Position numbers and translations under genes: made by a program. Below are positions 59,485 through 64,000 of a stretch of DNA of 64,000 bases, one piece after another. The notes beneath the pieces are model-generated. The model saw only the letters and a list, made by a program, of their open reading frames with translations, did not search any database and was not told where the DNA came from. Each line of letters opens with the position of its first letter. Position 1 is the stretch's first letter. The DNA is from Yuukianura sp. NJ FZ-2021. Lineage: Eukaryota. The stretch spans positions 124,001 to 188,000 of the forward strand of contig CM102283.1 in assembly GCA_046563655.1 (NCBI GenBank). The letters run 5' to 3'.

Positions 59485-59884
59485 AGTAGCGCTTTGGTTT
59501 TCCCGCCATTAGGTCAGGTCATTTGCCCCGTGAGGTTAGGGTGTGGCCTTAGGTTAGTGTAGTTAGGTTAGTGTTTAGTCTTAGCGTTTAGTTGAAATTT
59601 AATTTAGCGTTCAGCACGAGTTTTTAGAGAGAGTCACGAGAGTATTGAGAGTAGTTAGGTTAGGTTCTAGTCAGTTGGTTTTTGTTGTTCGATTCAGAAT
59701 GACCTGAGCTTCTGTTTCATAGTGTACAATAAATATATTTTATATTTATTGTCGTCGTGTGGTCGTGTTGTTTCTTTGGTGTTCCTTTTGGTCCTCAGTT
59801 TCGTTGCATGAGTCCGGCAGTGCTCGGATCGTTTGACTCAGGCCATTTTTGGCAGTTTGTTGTAGCACGAGGTGCTGCAGTACA
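59485..59884 (+). repeat. Isolated LTR related to the 2948-3362 gypsy LTR
   Basis: Reverse-complement match, e.g. gttgcatgagtccggcagtgctcggatcgttt...gtagcacgaggtgct, followed by a decayed PBS-like cggcgac. Confidence 0.85.
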
Positions 59885-62039
59885 CGGCGACATTTTATAT
59901 AGAATCACTTTATTATTGCACTTTTAAACACTTTCCATGGCACTTAAAGAATATAACTTTCGCCACTTACACCTAGCCCCCAAGCCCTTAATGTTCCTCA
60001 TTAAATCGAACTCCCGAATGTTTCGATTAAAAACCGGGGAAACTATTGTTCTGATATTAGCGCGTCCCGAAACCCAAAAAAAAAATTATAAGCGCCCGCT
60101 CCTATTAGGACATTTACGGACATTAACTGATAAATATAAAATATGCCTTACCCGAATACGCGAAAGTTTGGTAAATGTAGGCTACACGCTTCCAATTTAG
60201 CTCCGCACCCTGTCACGTTCTCATGGCTTTGGCTTGCAACACAATCGCCTGAACACGCGCCCTTAACGCTGTGGTTGACAAATCTGGAACAGTGTGAAAT
60301 ACCAGTAATATGGCCATTGTCTGTGTACATTGGACTGATACATCTTCCCAATTCCAGGTTCAGAGGAATTTGAAGGCCTGTCAAAGGTAAAACACGTTCA
60401 GGTTAGAAACTAAGAAAATCCTTAAAAAGATTATCTAAATAAAGCCTAACCTTGCCAGAAACAAAAAGACATATGCTTTATAAGTTGAAGCATTGTTTTC
60501 AGCGCAGTGGCAGTTCTTTAAAACACAAAAGCATTTTATAGCATATAACTCCCGGGTTATCTGTGAAATGTCACAGAATTTGGAATGAGGGGAAATTTTT
60601 TTTGAGTCTAATGGTGAATCCCCTAACTTGAACTCAAAGTACATTACCCAGTGCTATCAGTTAAACTCCGCGTATTTCCTGATTTAATTTGTACCTTCCT
60701 GATCACTCTCAAAGACATTTACTACATTCGGTCTCCACTAGCGCAATGAACTAATTTCTCCAAAAAAAAAATTGTATCTCCACGAATGAATATTTCCAGA
60801 CTAAATTAATTAAATCGGTAATTAGATTTTGCCACATTTTAATCCAGATATAATGTATTTGGAGATATTTTTAGCGCAAATAAACCTATCCTGGACTGCT
60901 GGAAATATTATTATATAATTAAATATAATTACGGCAACGAAATTCCGCTTAACTTCCCCTGTAACTGAATTTTGAATGAAAAAAGAATATCAAAAAGGGT
61001 CAAACATTAAAAAAAAATATTTTTTTTTTTGGAGAGTTAATTGACATTGGCATTTAGCTTTGTCAACAGGGGTAGGGAATTTCTGGGTTGGGTTGAGGTG
61101 CTATGGGGTGGGGCGGTGGTACAGTCAGATAGTTGGCGAGAAGTTATGAGGGAGGGAAGGACGAAAGGCTTCATGCTAGAGCTGAGCGAGCTAGGGCCCT
61201 ACCACATATCGCAGCTCCAGGCAAGTGAAAGGAGCAGCATCGTACGCATACCGGCCCACGTCCCCTCTCCACAACTGCAACTACTGACCTCTTCACACGC
61301 ACCCACAAGCCCCCAAACTGACCTAACATCCGAACACCCCATCTGGGCTAGCAAAGTGGGAAAACCATTCCTGGAAAACGCCCGTCCAAGGTTTTAGTAG
61401 GATAGAGCCGAACCTCTAGTCACCCCGGCCTACGGGCCTTCAATTGAACATTCAAACATTAAAAATAACAAGGTAAGGCGATGCTCAAGGGTTGAGCATA
61501 GGTCTTCTGGAGGTGTAGACAATGGATACGACCAAAAACGAGAAATCGCTTTCCCGAGATTTATACACTGAAACGTCGCTTATAATTTTCAGGCGGATAT
61601 AGGGGCATTTTTGTATATGGATTGCTCCAAGCTGGTAAAGAACCGTTTGTAAACGTTTTTAACAAAAATTTTAAAAAACCGCTTCCATCAAAATGTTGTA
61701 CAAATTGTGCTTTAAACAGTTTTCACTTTCTTCAAAATTATGTTGATGCACAACAAGGGATGGCAAAAATGCCTTAGCGACCAAAAACGATTCTTGAGTT
61801 GTTTACAATTTCACTTGAAGTGACGTCACTCCGAGTGAAAATACAGGTTCATCCGAGTTTTTAAGCTATTTTTAAGTTTGCGGCGAAAGTATGGATCCTA
61901 AAATGATGAAAATGTTGAACAGCACTGTAAATGAGTGAACTCGGAGTGAAAAAAATCCCATAGCAACTCGGTTTGGAAAAAGAATTTTAAGCGACCGTAG
62001 CTATAAGTATTCTATTTACCTTGGATGCACAATAGATTT

Positions 62040-63165
62040 TTTTTTAAACAGAAGCTTTTATTTTGAATTCCTGTAGAATTACACCTTTAACCTGCCAAAG
62101 GCAGGTTGAGTAATTATTGTTAAAGTAGAGTTGATAATTTTAGTTCGTAATGTTCCCTCCCTCGAGGCAAGGATCCCAAATAGAGGCACTGTTTCCCTTT
62201 TGAATAGCGAGGCTAACGCGTTGGAGTAGAAAAGTAGTTGAACGTTTGTCGCCAGTTGTTTCGGAAATTAGATGTCCAATGGATTTCACTAGACGCAGGC
62301 TTTCATTCCCGTAAACTCCTGAAGTCTCAATTGCAAGATTGGATACAATGATTTGATTTTCGAGGTCACGATAGATGTTGTGTTTGTATAATAAACTAAA
62401 TCTAGAGCTGCAGGTTGGCCAAGGCAAGTAGACGAAGTTGGAAGGTAAGAAACCGCAAATGTGTCACGGCATGTAAACTCCCATATAAGGCAACGGCCCG
62501 ATTTCCATGGCAGGAGTGTTATGCCATCTGGACGCTTCCCGTCAGATCCGGAACAGCCTGATGGCTCTTTTATGTTTGGTATTCCTGCGGTATGAAGAGC
62601 TCTAGAGATGATGTCGTTTACGGTTCCATTTCTTGATTGACGACCGGCGCTCGGGATGCAACTTAATCCGTGCAAGTCATTGCTTGAGACTGATGCTCCA
62701 CAAGGACAACGACGAGGTTGGCATATATCAGTTCCTAAACGAAGTGCACAGGAAATGGTGAAGCTTTCATTGGTGAGGAGGGTCCCGAGTGGAGAAGATG
62801 GGATTGGATTTAACCAATTTCCTGAATGAGGGGCAGCGGCGGCGATTAAGCGGGCTTTGTCAACCAGAGTGGTAGAGTTCTCGAATAGAGTAGATGTAAT
62901 TGAAAATTTTAGGTTCCCAGAGTTTTTGAATTTTTCCATCTTGAGGGTCTTCGAATGCCATTTCTGACCAATTGAGAGAAGCACAGACGAAGGAGTCGTC
63001 GAATGGTGAGATGTGTGGTGGGAGTAAGGCAGTGATTAGGTCAGTATTGCTTAGAACTGAAGCCATAAAGGAGAACGCAGCATAGTCAGAAGCATGACGA
63101 ATCTTTAATCCACCTTGATTTACCGGCAATGAAGATTGAGACGAGGCATGATGAGTTAATTTCAA
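62040..63165 (-). pseudogene. 5'-truncated CRE retrotransposon copy (CCHC + RLE region)
   Basis: DKARLIAAAAPHSGNWL, CPCG...HGLSC, KRPDG, LLQRVSLAIQKGN; frameshifted. Confidence 0.88.
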
Positions 63166-64000
63166 GTTTTATTTATTTTTTTTATTTTTTTTTTATTTGT
63201 AGAATACTCTCCCTGTGGGCCCGCAGCCCATGGAGAGGGAGTTCGATCCATTGAATTGGTTAATAGCAAATTTTTGACGTGCTAGTGGGGTTCAAATATC
63301 TAATAACAGAGGTTGTGCAAGTTGGTAAAAGTAAAGAAAAGATTAATTTTGAGGACTAGTTATTCTTATTTCCGTCTTCTTTGCTCTTTGAACTTTGCTT
63401 TCATTGCATCCAGTTTCGCTTTCGTAAGTGATTTGTTGAGATGGTCCAATGATTCATCACTAACTTCCCTATAGTGTTCCGCGACTGCATTTTTAAAAGC
63501 ATCTCGACCCTGCGTTGCTGCTAGTTTAAAAACGCTGTAATTTGTTGAGTTCTGCCTTACGTCCATTGTGCGCAAGATGGTCGGGGTTCTTGTGACTTGA
63601 GTTTGTGACTGGAATTTGCTGATGGATGGTGAGAAGACTGGTGACGATGGTGTTAGGTTGCGTTGGAGGAGATTGTGGAAGCTGAGAATCTGCATGAGCA
63701 GCGAGTGAAGTCTTCAATAATTTTGTTTCTTTTTGTTGAGACGTAGGGTTTTGTTGCATGACGTCATGATGTACAGTTTTGCAAGTTGAGGATGTTGAAT
63801 GAGCATTATGACTGAGGTCAAAGGGTTCCTCTGTGTTGACTTTTGACTTGATGGTCTCTTGCGGTTGGCCCACGGGAGAGGTGAGCGCTCCCTTTCCAAT
63901 TGGGTGAAAGGCTTTAGATGGAGTAATCATTGTGGACGGGGAGTTCGAAGGAAAAATTCCCACTTTCTCTTCACATGCGTCAGCGTCTGAGTGGTCTTTT

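Noticed and set aside
63366-63963. Low-complexity minus-strand ORFs at the window end
   Set aside because: No recognisable motif; possibly part of an element extending beyond the window.

Overview
Eukaryotic, probably arthropod, DNA (inferred from short GT-AG introns, scattered TTAGG motifs and the transposon families present). It is almost entirely a nest of mobile elements. 1-5.5 kb: a Ty3/gypsy element (gag, pol, PBS, LTR) inserted at the LTR/PBS junction of a truncated copia element. 5.5-38.3 kb: a decayed Helentron (HUH Rep, Pif1 helicase, AP endonuclease, RPA-like gene) hit by a gag-only gypsy-like LTR element and by small Polinton/Maverick-like elements. There are three of these, each with AGT...ACT-type terminal inverted repeats (TIRs) and a 5-6 bp target-site duplication (TSD); I recognise no integrase or capsid gene in any of them. 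Element A (8191-16358) is a ~4 kb near-palindrome with an F-box-like gene in each arm and a packaging-ATPase fragment; it is interrupted by a CRE-type non-LTR retrotransposon carrying an RFX-like winged-helix domain. Element B (17532-23965) is 6.4 kb and carries only a spliced type I membrane protein gene, an uninterrupted but motif-degenerate protein-primed PolB, and a 17-18 bp tandem array. Element C (26279-34348) has a PolB split by three spliceosomal introns, a C2H2-ATPase fusion and a tandem family of unknown paralogues. 38-64 kb: a Ulp1-like ORF, the 3' exon of a >1,180 aa unknown protein, many DINE-1/HINE-like repeats, several MITEs, an isolated LTR and CRE fragments. All family assignments come from motif recognition by eye, not database searches.
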